NCBI GenBank assembly: GCA_030704615.1 | Contig: CM060734.1 | Location: 45,446,001-45,510,000, forward strand | Reading direction: 5' to 3' | Length of the DNA: 64,000 bases | Source of the DNA: Takakia lepidozioides | Lineage: Eukaryota; Plantae; Bryophyta | Shown here: positions 1 through 13,424 of the stretch, piece after piece | Position numbering within the stretch: the first letter of the stretch is position 1 | How the letters are laid out: every line of letters begins with the position of its first letter | The notes under the pieces: generated by a model | Told to the model about the DNA's origin: nothing | The model's database searches: none | Seen by the model: the letters and a program-made list of their open reading frames with translations, nothing else | Translations under genes and position numbers: made by a program

Positions 1-756
1 GGACAATACTTGCAAATCTGACTCTCCACCCCAGGTCAGTCATTTTCTGACCTTTAACAAAACTGAGGGGTGATAGAACAACAAACTGAGGAACCTCTAC
101 CTGTGCATAAACACCACAAGGACTTTCTTCGCAATTCCTGCAACACCTTGTAACACAGAAGCTCTCTATCAAGCTATCTTTATCACACAAGTGCTAACTA
201 TGCTAACACCTTGCACTCATCGATGTAAGCAGGTCTTCTTCTAGTGATACGGAAATGGTGAAAAGAGGTGAAACCCACTCTATCACGTTATATAAGTCAA
301 GCCAATAGCACCTAGCATATCAAGCTACAGGAGGAGCTTCACATCCACATACATCCCGAATTACATACATCTGTGTGAGGAGGATAACAATAATTATATT
401 CTTTTGAAGTCTTTTCTTTTCTCACATACGTTCACTTTGTGTAGGTGTGGAATCCCATATTCCATATGCCGTAGGACATGTTCTGGTGTAGGAGGTTTGA
501 AGAAAGTTGTTCCACTGGATATTCTTGTCATGCTTCTCAGTCATCCTTCTGCTGGCAGGAACTCTGTTCCAATGTCTTCTTACTTCAAAACACAATACAT
601 GCTCAGTTGGAGGCAACCTACTTTTAGGGGCTGTCAGCCAGGTTGCCTGCATAGTGGGTCCCAGATTTGGATCCAAGACTGACCAATTACAGTTTGTGGT
701 TAGGCTGTCTCTTGATGTACTCAATGGTATTTATTCTGTTTGATTCTTCTGTGCAG

Positions 757-2559
757 GTGCTGGCGATAGAGTATCGACCCCATGAGGATGCAGTCTCACT
801 GTTGGCTGGTGATGATAGAGATGAAAGAAAGGTGTCGCAGTCGTCTTTGAAAGTCAAAGAAGAGGAGGGCCATGCTATGGTTGTGACAGGCCACCCCTTA
901 GAGCCACGCACTGTGCTAGACTCACTTGTGGGGACCATTCTGTCACAAAATACTACTGATACAAATTCCAGACGAGCGTTTTCTTCCTTGAAGGCTGCAT
1001 TCCCTACTTGGGAGGAGGTATGTTAGGCTCCCTTTTGGTTGATAGATCTGGTTTCATCCAGTTGTATTCTCAGATACATTTCAAGGTGACAACCTACATC
1101 CTTTTGTCTAGGGTGTTGAAGTATCAATGAAGTTCACAGACTATGGCAATTTACAGAGTCATCTTGTTCACCTCTGTACATAGTTATAGACCAGAGAATC
1201 AACTAAAACATGTGGGTGAAACAGGTGCACAAGGCAGACTCAAAGGCCGTAGAGGACGCAATCCGATGTGGTGGATTGGCAGAAATTAAGGCAGGGCGTA
1301 TTCGTAACATTTTGGAAACTGTGTTGCATGAGCGAGGAAGAATTTGCCTAGAATATGTGCGTGACATGACCCCAGATCAGATTAAAGCAGAGCTTTCTCG
1401 CTTCAAGGGTGTCGGACCCAAGACTGTGAGCACTATCCGGAAACTCTACTTTTATGTGTGTTTATGTTTAGTGCAATATCCTCAGGTTTACTTTGTTGCA
1501 CTGGGTGTTAACTCCTAGATGTGTTAAGCCCAATTAAGCAGCAATGAACATTGAACTCGAATCAATATGTATATTGCTACCGTGTTTGGAAGCTGGAGTC
1601 ATGAAATCTTGCAATTTCTGAGAGGGTTAGAAGCTGGAAAGATTTGGGCATTGATTCCAGGCTTGTGACTCACATGTTAGTCTGTCATAGAAATGACTGA
1701 AGAGGTCAGTGCAAAAGAGAGTTATCTTCCCCACAGGGGTACTGCGGGTGGGTGGGTGGTAACGGCCATGTATTGTCACTCTTGCAATTTCTGAGTTCAA
1801 GAATTGGGTGGTGGGGCACCTGGCAATGCAGGTGGCATGTGTGCTGATGTTCCATCTTCAGCACAATGAATTCCCTGTTGACACTCATGTAAGTTCACTA
1901 TAATCTCTTTTTCCAAAGCAAGCAGCGTCAACCTCTGACAGCAGTTGCAGCCTAGTGATAAGACCAAAGGCAAGAAGCGCAGACTTATGTAGCCTTGTGG
2001 TAATAGACCTTAGCCCATTCTGAAGGGAGGAGAATGGAGCAGGTAAGTACTAGGAGTGGTCATGACGTGTTGGCCACCTACGTCAAATTGTCTTGAGCGT
2101 GTTCCAGATGGTCCCGGTTTCCCAAGGTCTCAAGAAGTGGAAGAAACAGAGGGAGTTAAAAATTATGCTTTTGTTTTATTCTTGTGAAGAAAGTGATGAT
2201 AAGAGCTTTCCACATTTTGATAGTCTCCGGAGAGACCGTCATAGAGAGCCATTACAGATATCTAGAACCTGATACGAGGCTGCTGTGGAAAACAGGTGTT
2301 TCGGATATCAAAGATGCTAGGCTGGGTGCCGGCCAGTGCCGATCGGGAGAAGGCTTATCTCCACCTAAATCAGCACATTCCCAATGACGTAAAGTTCGAT
2401 TTGCATTGCCTTCTGGTCACTCATGGCAAACGGTGTCCTCGTTGCGCAAAAGGGGGACGTGTTCAGACTGCTGCTGACGGGCCTTGCCCTTTAGTCAATT
2501 GGAGTCCAAAGCTCCTTGAAAATAGTGGGCAAGTTGCATTGCTTGATACCAAAGGTTAA
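757..2559 (+). CDS. HhH-GPD superfamily DNA glycosylase (At3g47830-like), 3' exons only
   Basis: GT-AG exons 757-1017, 1225-1425, 1832-1888 and 2296-2559 join in frame. Motifs: LDSLVGTILSQNTTD, IRCGGLAEIKA, HhH motif ELSRFKGVGPKTVACVLMF, catalytic FPVDTHVFRI, and a C-terminal Cys cluster HGKRCPRC...CPL. The start exon was not identified in the window. Confidence 0.9.
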
Positions 2560-3956
2560 AGCTTTGGTTGGGTCTTCACAAACCTCGTGATATTTGAATA
2601 TCCTTGACCACCAGATCATTTTTGGGGGTGTTGGCCGAAGGCGAAGACCCTTTCTGAGAATTTCTTCATTGTAGACCAATCTATTTCTATCATCCCTATT
2701 ATAAAATGGGGGGTGTGTAGGGGCTATTGAATAGCCCATAGCCTTTTTCATAACGCCTTTTGTTGATACCAAACAAGTGAATCAGTTAACAAATGCAGCA
2801 AGCTAGTCCTACATTTGGATTCCACATGAACTTCAACTGAACAGCTTGCTTGCAAAAATTTAAGCAGATAGCATTCTCTTGTGGTGATAGCACATCTCTC
2901 TCCCTCAAATTGACAGCTGCCACAGGTGGCAGAGACCCAGATTAATGGACCAAAAGAGTTAAACACAGGTTAGATTTTAGAAAACCTGATGTTAGATGTC
3001 AGCAAATTCACAGGGACTGGTGCAAGATCCATTTCAAGGTGCAGGCCTGCAAGTCAATGGCATTAGTAACCTTCTGTCTGATCTCCTCTACCTCTTATCA
3101 GCACAATCTATTGAAGTGGTATAATAATATATGTCACATAACTCACCGTCTCAATCTCAATTCTTTGAATCTCTCTCCTAGCGCCCATGGGAGCAAGTTC
3201 ACAAATCACTTCAAGAGACTAATTGCTGTACACTATAGAAAGACAGATCTGCAACTTATGTGGGATTCCCTGTGCACTACATTTTCCGAAATCGCTCCGC
3301 CGCAGACCTCACATTCTCGGAAGTGACTTTCACACAGACAACTGAAGAGAGTAATCATATGGAAGCGGAAGCTAACTACATGGTTGGGTGACTCCCATAA
3401 TCCACCTTGAAAATGTCCTGTCAGAGAACCCATGAAAGTAATGGACATCTCCAGAACACCATCAAACTAAAGGTTTAGTGATTAACATATTTTTAATTAA
3501 TTTTTTTGTTACTAGAACTTCTCCTGATCTTTGTCGCCTGAAATGGAGAGGTTTCTGTGTATCTGCTGCCACTCAATCCAAGCTCAATACGACATCATTG
3601 GCCACCCCCAGCTACCTATATCCAAACTTACATTAAGCAGAAAATTGCCAAATGCAAGGGTGTTTCTCAATACTCTCAGATATGGCCAAAACAAAGAGTC
3701 AGACAAAGGAATGGCTTTAGCTCACTTACGTGACCTCCCACCTAGCTAGGTCGGGACTTCCTCTCAACGGAGGTCCTAGATCATATTCAGTGAGATTCAG
3801 TCGGTATGTCATAAAAGATTTGATGCACCATTGCTTATCAGCAAGCACCATCACAAATCTAGGCCAAATAGGCCGCCATCATTATCTTTCTGAATGTGAA
3901 GATGGATGGCTACAGAAACTCCAACCCAACAGATTGCCCCGCATGTGTCTATCATT

Positions 3957-6250
3957 TTAAGACCTAATAAGACACTGATCAGAGCGAAATGTTGCAGGTG
4001 CTAAGAGACGAACAACCAGGTCCTCAAACCTTCGGGCCCCTGGGCCTGGTTTTAGGACAGTTAGATCTCCCCTCACTGCACAAGGGTCTTCACCGGTTTC
4101 AGTACCTATACACCAACCGCCTGGAGTGAACCTGCCTGGGCTGCGTCCGAGCAGCTGCTTATCAATAAAATCAAGCACCGGGTCATCTTTATCAAACTTT
4201 CGTGCAAAGGCTGCACCACTTGCAGTCATATTGTGAATATCCCTAAGGGTGAGGGCCAGAGGGTGTTGCTTGGGAGGGTTATCCCATGCAATATAGTGGA
4301 GATCGTGGTTTACTGTAGTTTTGCGGAACTCATCGCTATTGCAAAGCACGGTGTGGAAGTAGCCCTCTGGGGATGACACAAAATTGGTATAATACATGAG
4401 CATAGTACGTGGCAGGTTGTCCCACCCCATGATGCAGTACTCCATAAATGATCGTGTCAATGTCACCCACGCTGAGCCTGCCACTCCGACATAACATCTG
4501 ATTAGAGATTCAACTTCCTCATATCCTTCCAACCTCTGTATGATAGGGCCCACCACTCAACCCAGCTGCTTTTCTTACCAAGGCATAATCTATTTTGAGA
4601 TTCTTACATGCCAACCACCAGTTGGGTATCATTGCAGTTCTGGTCCCATCCCAAGCGTAAAACCAAGTAGCATGGTGGCAGTCACAATGCCAGAGGAAGA
4701 AGGGCATCGCCCTATATACCTGTGAACAACTGAAATGATGTTGGAACAGCACGCCTTTGAGTGGCCCAAAAAATGTCACTCTTCCTGTTCATGTACAAAC
4801 CTGGGTCAATAATGACGGGCTTTGCCCTCTGAAATCTGCATAGCACACCCAACCAATGTTAAAACACTACACAGACACCATTGCACTCATTGCAGTGTCC
4901 AAATAAAAAATCAGCGAAGCGATGAAGAGGCTGAAAAACTAATGCAGGTAAATGAAGTGATCACAACCACACGCAACACCAACGATAGGAACGGCCCAAG
5001 CATTTGAGTTCAAAATACGTACTCTTTCCAACCCATGTCGCTTGTGTGCTCTATGAAGTTGAGATCTCTTGGCAAGTATGAAAAAACATGGAGAAGATCT
5101 GCACCAAAACCATCACAAACCAAACCCAAATGATGAAAAACCAACTGACATTTATAATCAGCACACCACAAACTTTTTCAAATTTCCTACAGAGACTGTA
5201 AAGTTAGGAGCTAATGAGACCAATGTTGCAAACAAGCTGAAATGCCAGGTAGATAGCCAGAGAGCACGAAGGTGTGTTGTTTCACCAACTCAGAATAACA
5301 CAGACGGCACTTTGAAGTCCAAATGAAGGAGATAGACAAAATTGCCAATTCAAAGCTGCTAAGACAACATTCCATACTCCATGACAATAACTGTTAATTT
5401 CTGGTATAGCAGGCACCCGTCGGTTGCACCTTGACAGCATGCAAAAGACATAACAAACCCTCCGAAGCAATTACAAAGAGGGAGGGAGAAGAGTGGAGAG
5501 GGAGCCAGAGAGGGAGACAACTCCAAATGCGCACACAAACACAAAGTGACAGTAATCATTGACTAGTGGGTTACTAACTCCCACTATGGGGTTTCAGGCC
5601 ACCGCAGCATTTGAACAGAATGAAGTTAACAAATGAAACTGTTAAGGAGTCGGACCATCTTGAGTAACAAGGGGGTAGTCAGAGGCACTGAGATTGATGA
5701 ACCAATCCCACTCTTTGCTGTGCCTCAGCAGGATTGCAGCTCCATGCAGGGTGGTGGCAATCATTGTTGGCCCACGGTAAGTCACCAGATTTGCCTTCCC
5801 CACCACATATACATTTCCTGCCTGTTTGAAAGTCTCCTCGAGACGGACATATCTTGCCAACTCCACTCTCTCTCTTGGGGGAGCCTCTAGATCCAGGTGT
5901 AGAAGGTAGTAATTCCTGGGATGGTAAATAGATTGTAGTGTTCTCTGCATCCTTTCGCCATCACCTTTTGTTCCTGAGATCAAATAGGCCAGCCTGGGCA
6001 GAGATGGTAGGTCACTGGGGGGCTGTTGTACAATCATGTCTTCGACAAATTCTGGGCGCTCCTCCTCTCGGAATGGGAAGAACGAGAATACAGAGTTTCT
6101 GGCATCCTGGGATGAAGCCCCAATACTGAGAGTTGCTGCCAATAACAAAGTTATGGAGATGAGTGAGCTTGCTACCAGTGGTAACAGCCACTTCCTCTCC
6201 ATGGTTGCGAGGCCATACGGCATCTGGATCAGTTTCTTCATCCCATCCAC
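3957..6250 (-). CDS. GT14 core-2/I-branching glycosyltransferase (beta-glucuronosyltransferase GlcAT14-like), type II membrane protein
   Basis: Exons 6250(or the in-frame ATG of MERKW)-5656, 5098-5023, 4835-4720 and 4477-3957 have GT-AG borders and stay in frame. N-terminal TM anchor; motifs RLAYLISG, HPRNYYLLHLD, WDWFINLSASDYPLVTQDDLLH, FTGSAW, SSPEGYFHT, DLHYIAWDNPPKQHP, FARKF. Confidence 0.95.
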
Positions 6251-7432
6251 TGGTTCAGTAACCTGAGTAAATAAAGTCCTTTGTGATGTAAATAATGATT
6301 TACCAACCCAGAAAGGTGGTGTCGTCTGGTAAACCTACAAAAGAGCCTCACCGCCCCAATTGGAGGGCGTGAGAATTAACCGGAAACAATCTGAATGCGA
6401 TCACCAATCTCCTCTTTTCGAGATGCCCCTGCTATCGTCAACAAACTTCTCTCTCACCATTACCAAGCAACCCGACCGATAATGAGTGTTCATTATCTTC
6501 ACAGTTCGCATGGATCTGCATCTTCGCAGTCATCCCATCGCTCAATCTTGTCCCCCATGCCACATCCACCAGCATGTCTATATCTTCTAAAATACGAGGA
6601 GATGCGAGACAGACAGACTGGAGGGAGAAGGAAAAAGTATTTGTCAATTCAATAAGAACGCATATACAGAATTTAACTTGAATAGATAAAAGGACCGTAG
6701 AAGCACAGATCGAAGCAATGGCCGCCCTCGTATAATGGGGACTTTCTCATACGTCTGAAGAAGGCGCATGTACAGGCAAGGAGAGAATTATACAATACTA
6801 CAGAGAGCTAACCCCTAAACAGGAGAGGGACGCAGATACCAGGGAAGCTCAACACCTGCGTTCAATTGACAACGACGTCGGAAAACAACCCTTCAACAGC
6901 GTGAACCGACAGTCCAGACAGAGAGAGGGTGAGAGAGATTGCTGCAGAGCATCCACAATATGTTTCAAGCGCAAAAAAACTCCAATCATCGGTAAGAACA
7001 AGCTCACGGCACAATAACCCAACTGTACTGCATTCAATCTAAAAGGGGACGGAATGTAAAACAGATGGGTCGGACAGGAAAACGCCAGACGAGCCCCCAA
7101 CCAGTTTCTCAACAACCACCCTCTCCTTCCCGATTATGGTATGCGACCACCCCCACAGCATCAAAACCGTGTGTGGCACTTGTAATTGGAGCTACCCGGC
7201 TAGAGCATCCATGAGATGAGATCCAGACAGCATTGCCCTTGAGCAGGCTTTGTTAGCAGACAAGATAGACCTCCAGAGCGCAGGAAGGCGGTGCTCGGGG
7301 AGGGCGGCCCTCCTCCCTTGTCTGCTGCTCCTTCCCTGCAATATTTTGGTTTTGGTTATTGCTCTGTTTTGGTTGTCTCAACAATCATACACACAGTTAG
7401 GGTTTGTCCAATACTTTTTCTTTTTTTTTTGA

Positions 7433-7542
7433 GAAAAGGAAACACCTGGGAGGGACAGCTCACAAATCTCTTTCACAGTAACCGCGCCATGAAGGCGTAG
7501 AAATGGGACACCGCCCAGGGAAGGGGGAGAAGAGAATACCAC
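7433..7542 (-). repeat. short dispersed retroposon-like element (copy 1 of 3), followed by poly(A) on the minus strand
   Basis: Closely matches 59822-59966 and 60166-60309 but lacks an internal ~32-nt segment. T-run at 7414-7430. Confidence 0.7.
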
Positions 7543-7547
7543 TACTA

Positions 7548-8640
7548 TTTTTTCTTTTTCTCTTTTTTTTCCTATTTTTTTTGTTTTTTTTTGGATTAAC
7601 AGGGGACAGTGGCCCTGGGAATTTTATCAAAAAAGGTAAAACAGTAGAGAGGGAGGAAAAAATAACCTCGAAGAAGCGTAACGCAAGGGGAACACCCTAT
7701 ACCAGAAGGGAGGGGAGGGAGCTGGAAGGCGTAAACCGAGGCTGAAGGAGGATCACAATCCTTCAACGGAACAAAGAGGTAGGGAGGATTCTGCTAGGAG
7801 CCCTACAGCAAGCTGACAACCATATCTAATGAGAGACATGGAAGGAGAAAGGGAGTTCTAATCAAGACAGACTTAGAGCTACCTGATCAAAACCAGATTT
7901 TCAATTGTCAAAATGTAGCTGCACTTTGAACTTGGAAGCTGGCATCTTGTTATGCTTCCAGTTGATGTCAGGAGCGTCGGACTCAGGTGGTGACTTGCCA
8001 ATCCCGGGGGAGGTTGTCATTCCAAGAGACTCGAGATTCAGAGAGCCTGGAGCGAGAATTCCGCGAGAAGTTGTTGTTGCCTCCTGTCACTGCACCTGCA
8101 GAAAGCTGCTTGCAAGGACATCCACGCCTTGTGCCCCTCAGTCATCAGATCCGAAAACAATTTGTAAAGGCTTAATCTGACGTTGGGGCGCTTCCCCTCA
8201 AAAATCATGCAACATCTAGCTTTCTAGATAGACCAGAGAGTGTGAGCTATAAGGCAAGCCCAGATCGGACAACTCGACCACATGGATCCATTATGCAGAT
8301 TGAGCAACAGGAGGGGAATGCTGGCAGCGATTTCCAATTAGCATAGAATGTAACCACTAAATGCCAAGTTCTGGCGGACTGGTGACAATCAATCAAGCAA
8401 TGCTCTATGGACTCCCTAACACCGCAATTGCATATAGTGCAGGAGGGGTCTCGGTCAGTGAAGGAGTTTGCGACAGGGAGGATACGGTTGGCCAGCTTCC
8501 ATAAGAAAGCGCTAACCTTCGCCGATCGATGCTTGGCCCAAACATCTTTCCAAATTCTGTTCCAGCCTTGGAACTGCAGATCCATGTTCCATTTAGTGTT
8601 CCATTTGGCTGTGAAGTTGGCCTTCCCTAGGAGGAGCTAA
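7548..8640 (-). mobile_element. 5'-truncated LINE remnant (zf-RVT region, 3' UTR and A-rich tail)
   Basis: ORF 8247-8585 reads WKDVW...KVSAFLWKLANRILPV...CTICNCGVRESIEHCLIDC, the RT-associated zinc-binding domain of plant L1. A-rich tail at 7548-7592 on the minus strand. Confidence 0.75.
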
Positions 8641-8810
8641 TTCTAAGTCCTTGGCTTGCCTCTCACCGGAGCTCTGGGCGGGGCCATATCCCCCGGTCCC
8701 CTCTCTCTGCCTTACCTACTTGATATGCAGGGCTTCCTAAGTTCCTCCCCTTAAAATTATTTATAAATTTGTGTTTTTTTTTTTTTTTTTAAACCCACTT
8801 GTTGCCTCTC

Positions 8811-8895
8811 ATAGTCATATAGTTGTGACTACAACCCTCTCTGCAGCAGGACTCCAGGTGCCACGCAAGCAGGTGCCACGTAAGCAGCCACGGCT
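8811..8895 (+). repeat. orphan fragment of the CACTA right subterminal region
   Basis: tagtcatatagttgtgactacaaccctctctgcagcaggactccaggtgccacg matches ~18293-18358 and ~30611-30678. It has no CACTA terminus. Confidence 0.75.
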
Positions 8896-8947
8896 TCACT
8901 CTCCGGCTTCGGTCTTGGGGTCTTGCTCATTGGTTTCTTCACGGTTA

Positions 8948-9301
8948 AGGTAACCTCACCCAACTCCGTTACCCCACCTAAAACCGTCACCTATACAAAC
9001 CCCCATTTCCAACATCAAAGCGTTGAAAATCTATCAAATCAGGGAACTTCGCTCAGAATCACCTTTAAACACCATTGGATGGAGAATCATAGATGGTCGA
9101 TTCTGAATAGATGAGTCTACTAATGTGAGTAGGTAAGCCTAAGCGGGAATAGATGAGTCTACCTCTACACCAGGTAAGAATTTGTAATTACTCCAAAGAT
9201 TAAAGAAACAGCTTGGGATGGGTTTCAAATTGCATTGCTCATGGAAAAACAACCCCTTGTAGGCGTATTTCTTATTCAAGCGGTTTTGGGTGAGGTTACC
9301 T
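8948..9301. mobile_element. MITE
   Basis: Inverted termini AGGTAACCTCACCCA / TGGGTGAGGTTACCT with TA (or TTA) flanks. Confidence 0.6.
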
Positions 9302-9587
9302 TATCCCGCAGTGTTTACACAATTTTTCAAAGCGCTGCACATGGAGCCTTCTTCAATTCAGCAGCTACATTCTATATGTTTTTAAGTAATTATGTTTCCC
9401 CTTCTTTCAATTTATTTTTTCCCTTGAACTAACTCGACATTCAAGTTCTCCTCCCTCCTTCACTAAATGGCCCTGGGTATGTGTCATTTCATCCATCTAT
9501 TCATTTTCTGGCATTGAACATTCAGCTATCTATAAACTATTAGTACCGTGTTTAAGGCGGGTATAAACCCAATTCTAAGCATAAGTA

Positions 9588-9775
9588 CCGTAGTACCTTG
9601 GCAATTTCGACACAAATTTTGATATTTCAAAGATTGTTGAAAATTTTGGAAATTGATTTTGTGAAATTAATTAACGTTGTGAATGATAATAGTGCATCTT
9701 TGGGAATATTCCACATGTTGAAATGAAACTTTCAAAATAAAATAAATATTCGACAGATTTGCCAAGGTACTACGG
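9588..9775. mobile_element. Tc1/mariner-type (Stowaway-like) MITE
   Basis: TIR CCGTAGTACCTTGGCAA / TTGCCAAGGTACTACGG; TA on both flanks (9586-9587, 9776-9777); AT-rich interior. Confidence 0.8.
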
Positions 9776-10475
9776 TAATGATCAAAGACCTAACCATAAC
9801 AATATGAAATATAGCAATATCAGGCTTAGAACTGGGTGCCCCAATATGCACTAAGGAAGTGCCCTAGCCCTTTTGAAGGCTCAATTTGAGTGTGCCTCAG
9901 ATTTTCCTATCCTCCTGAGGTAGCTCTTGAAATGGGGAAAATACAGTAGCTGGAATGAGCATTGTTTGTTATGCATGAGACGCACTACATGTAGGGCAAG
10001 GAATCATGAACAAATTCTGTATCATCTAGCCATTACAAATTTCTCAACATATTGTACCACAAGATTAATGGACATCAGCTTGTGCACAAAAAAAACACAA
10101 CCCCACTTCATTCCAAATCCGTAATTTACTCTAGAATCCTAGGTCACAACATCTAGATACCCGAAGCAATCCAAATGGCTGGCACAAACCAAATCACATC
10201 CTGACCTCTCATGAATCAATGGCCCAGAACAAGCGATGTAGCAAGGTAAGTGTATAACCAAGTCTGCTCCAACGTATCCTTACCAGGCATGCCCTGCCCT
10301 CACTAATCAATACAATCAATGAAATCGACAAACATATGAAATGAAAAATGAGACAAAGTGGTCAATCTTGGTTGATCCCTAATGTTTGATCAGGTGCGTA
10401 TTTTGTCTGGATGTTAGAGTTTGTGTCATGCATTGGTCATGGCAGAATTCTATCAAGTGAAAGTTAAACTCTATA

Positions 10476-11510
10476 CATTCCACCCTGGCTAAATGTTACC
10501 TTTATAAGTGTTAAACTGCTATAAATGTTTTAAAAAAATTTACTCCCTAGTAGTTTACACTAGCAAGTGTTAAGTGTCAACAAAAAATTTACTCCCCTCT
10601 TCATTAAATTGCCCTTTATAAGTGTTAAATGCACCATATGAGCTTCATTTATTAATACAAGATAAGTTCCAGCTAGGTTAAGATAAGCTCCAGTTAGCTT
10701 AAGATAAGATTTCCTCCCATATCCCCACCAATCACATGAGGATTAGACAATACTTAGAGGAAAGAAGCTAGCACGAGACTACGTTCATCTCATATTTTGC
10801 TTCAGCATAAATGGCGTAGATGCTTTTGAGATGGAGTTTGTTTTTGAGAGAGCTGATCATCTTTGTGTTAGTTGTACATGACATGTAGATGAGATAGACG
10901 AGATTTCTACATTGTTGGGAAGACTTTCTTTAGTTTCTCATAACACGGATTGTGTAGGACTTTCTAACATGGATGCCCATGGGTTTGTTCATTATGAAAC
11001 TGAGTTCAATCTCAACAATCCGTACAAAGTTACAGAAGAAGTATTATGGGACTTATTGGGTCCTCAAGCATCTCATATTGATGGGCCCTTGAAGATGCCC
11101 ATGAAGATGACGAAGAAGAAGTATCTGCGGTTGACATCCCAACCCCAGTCACATTAAAAGATATCAAGATGATCATAGCTAGTGTCCGACAATATCATGA
11201 GCAACGGCCTTATGAGGTTGTGAAAACTATTGCATCTCTGTCAACTATAGGGAAAGAGCTTGATTCTATGCAGCTTAGAGATACTCATCAGACCATCATT
11301 GACTCTTATTTTTGCTTCAATATGAATGACTGCAGATACTGAAGAAATATTGTATAACTATTAATTTAGTGATTCTGGCCCTCCTTAAATGTTATATTTT
11401 ATAAATGTTAGTGTATCCAATGTCACACTTCGTAACTGTTAAGTGTTAACATTGTCTAAATGATAATTTCTTCTTACTCCCGACAGTTAATATTTAGACA
11501 GGGTGGACTG
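10476..11510 (+). mobile_element. non-autonomous pogo-like (Tc1/mariner) DNA transposon with a transposase C-terminal remnant
   Basis: Imperfect TIR CA(T/G)TCCACCCTG(G/T)CTAAAT(G/A)TTA and TA TSD. The interior encodes a degenerate acidic tail ending in a PIP-box-like QTIIDSYF (~11288-11312). Confidence 0.7.
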
Positions 11511-11729
11511 TACCAAGGGAAGCTAAAATTGATCGTACCATTGGAAAGATCCTACTTGGCGCTTTCTTTTGCACTATATGTAGGGAGTACATTAAAATGT
11601 TTCAATCTATAACCAATTAAAAAAACTACATATGTCCATCTTGATGTAAGTTCCAACTGAGCCATAGATTGTGATGTTAGAGGGCCCATGCTCTTCCACG
11701 CTTGTAAAATAGCATGATGGCATGTCATG

Positions 11730-12284
11730 TGTCAAGGACGAGAACATGACTGAACACAAACAAGAGTTCAGACTAGAGGTACAAGACTAGACAAGAAGTC
11801 AAGGTCGGTGTGGCCAAGTGCATGGTGGATAAACATGAATCAAGCATAGACAAGAGTACAAGATACTGGAACTCAACTCGAATGCTGGAATGCTGGAAAC
11901 TAGAATGGGGTACCAGATACTGGAAACTGGACTAGAGTACTGGAAACTGGACTGAAGTACTGGGACTGGGAACAAGAGTAGCTTGAACTTGTGTTGGTGA
12001 GACTGAAAAGTGTCCAGTCTCGCCTCCTATATATACTGGCTACTAGGAGGTTCCTTAAGAGGCTTCCCCAAAGGAGGTTTCTTGATGAAGAAGTTTCCTC
12101 CAAATGAAGCTTCATGAGCAGTTTCCCAAGTTACTCTCGGTAATTTGGTAAACTCTCAGTAACTTGGTAATTTATGGTAAATCGTGGTAGAACATGATAG
12201 ATCACGGTAACTTTTGATAACATGATAACTTGGTAACTTCTGGTATTTATTCCTAGTAAGTTCATCTGGGCTATGTCCCTGACA
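11730..12284 (-). repeat. LTR 1 (3' LTR of copy A)
   Basis: Runs tgtcaaggac...gtccctgaca; homologous to 19143-19765 and ~35302-35595. Confidence 0.92.
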
Positions 12285-13424
12285 TCACCCCCTCCTCTAG
12301 CGTCGAGTTCTTCGAGGAGCGGAAATTTTTTGGACTTGCTTAGAGTTGGAGAACCTCCCTCCTTAGTGTGTATCAGATACACTGAATGTGGAGTCTTCAC
12401 CTTGAAACTAACTTGGCTGACATCATCGTTGTGATGTCTTATTGACGTGTAGCTCGGGGCTTAGCTGGATATCGTTGATGAAACTCTTGGACTTTGTCAA
12501 ATGCATTGACAAGGTTGGATGAAGGTTCCCACGTCCGTTCGCTGATGTCGTAGCTTTTCCAATGTACGAAATACTTAAGACGTTTATACTTGATGCGAAA
12601 GTCTAGGACTTCGTCGACTTCATACTCGATTTCCTGATTGACTTCGATTGGTGGAGGTGGTACGGAAACTCTCCCTGGAATATTCGATGGATGATACAAC
12701 TTCAGTAATGAAACATGAAAGACTGGATGGATACCCAAAACTGACCGGATTTACTTGTTGAATAATTTGAATGGTCCCAGACGTTGATAATCCAACTTCA
12801 TTAATGGTCGCGAGGTTTGTATGTCTCGTCGAAGAAGCCACACATGATCTCCAACCTTGAATTGGGGTTGGAGTTGGCGACGTTAATCTGCATACTCCTT
12901 ATATTGTTTTTGAGCTTCTACGAGGTGGGATGTAAGCTCCTTGTGAATCGTAGCAAGATGAGTAGCAAGGTTTTCTGCAGCAGGGCTTCCAACAGTTTTC
13001 ATGTGGAAAAGGTTTGCTCGAGGATGATGACCATAATTGGAGAAAAATAAAGTTTGTTTGGTCGAAGAATGTATAGTGTTGTTGTAGGCAAACTCAGCCA
13101 ATGACAGAAGGTCCGTCCAATTATCTTAGTGATAATTTATTGTACAGCGAAGATACTGCTCCAAAATCTGGTTTACACGTTCGGTTTGACCATCAGTCTG
13201 TGGATGATTAGTTATAGAGAGGTTGATTTTAGTATCTAATATATGAAATAATCCCCTCCAGAAATTTGATATGAACTGTGGTCATCGATCAGATACGATG
13301 TCCTTCGGGAGTCCATGAATGCGGTAGATATTATTGAGGAAGAGTCTTGCAGTTTCCTCGTCGGTAACCGTCTTATTACATGGAATGAAATGTGTCATCT
13401 TCGTAAAACGATCTACAATAACAA

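Noticed and set aside
404-743. 5' exon(s) of the DNA glycosylase
   Set aside because: The ORFs here show no family motif and could not be confidently spliced to exon 757.
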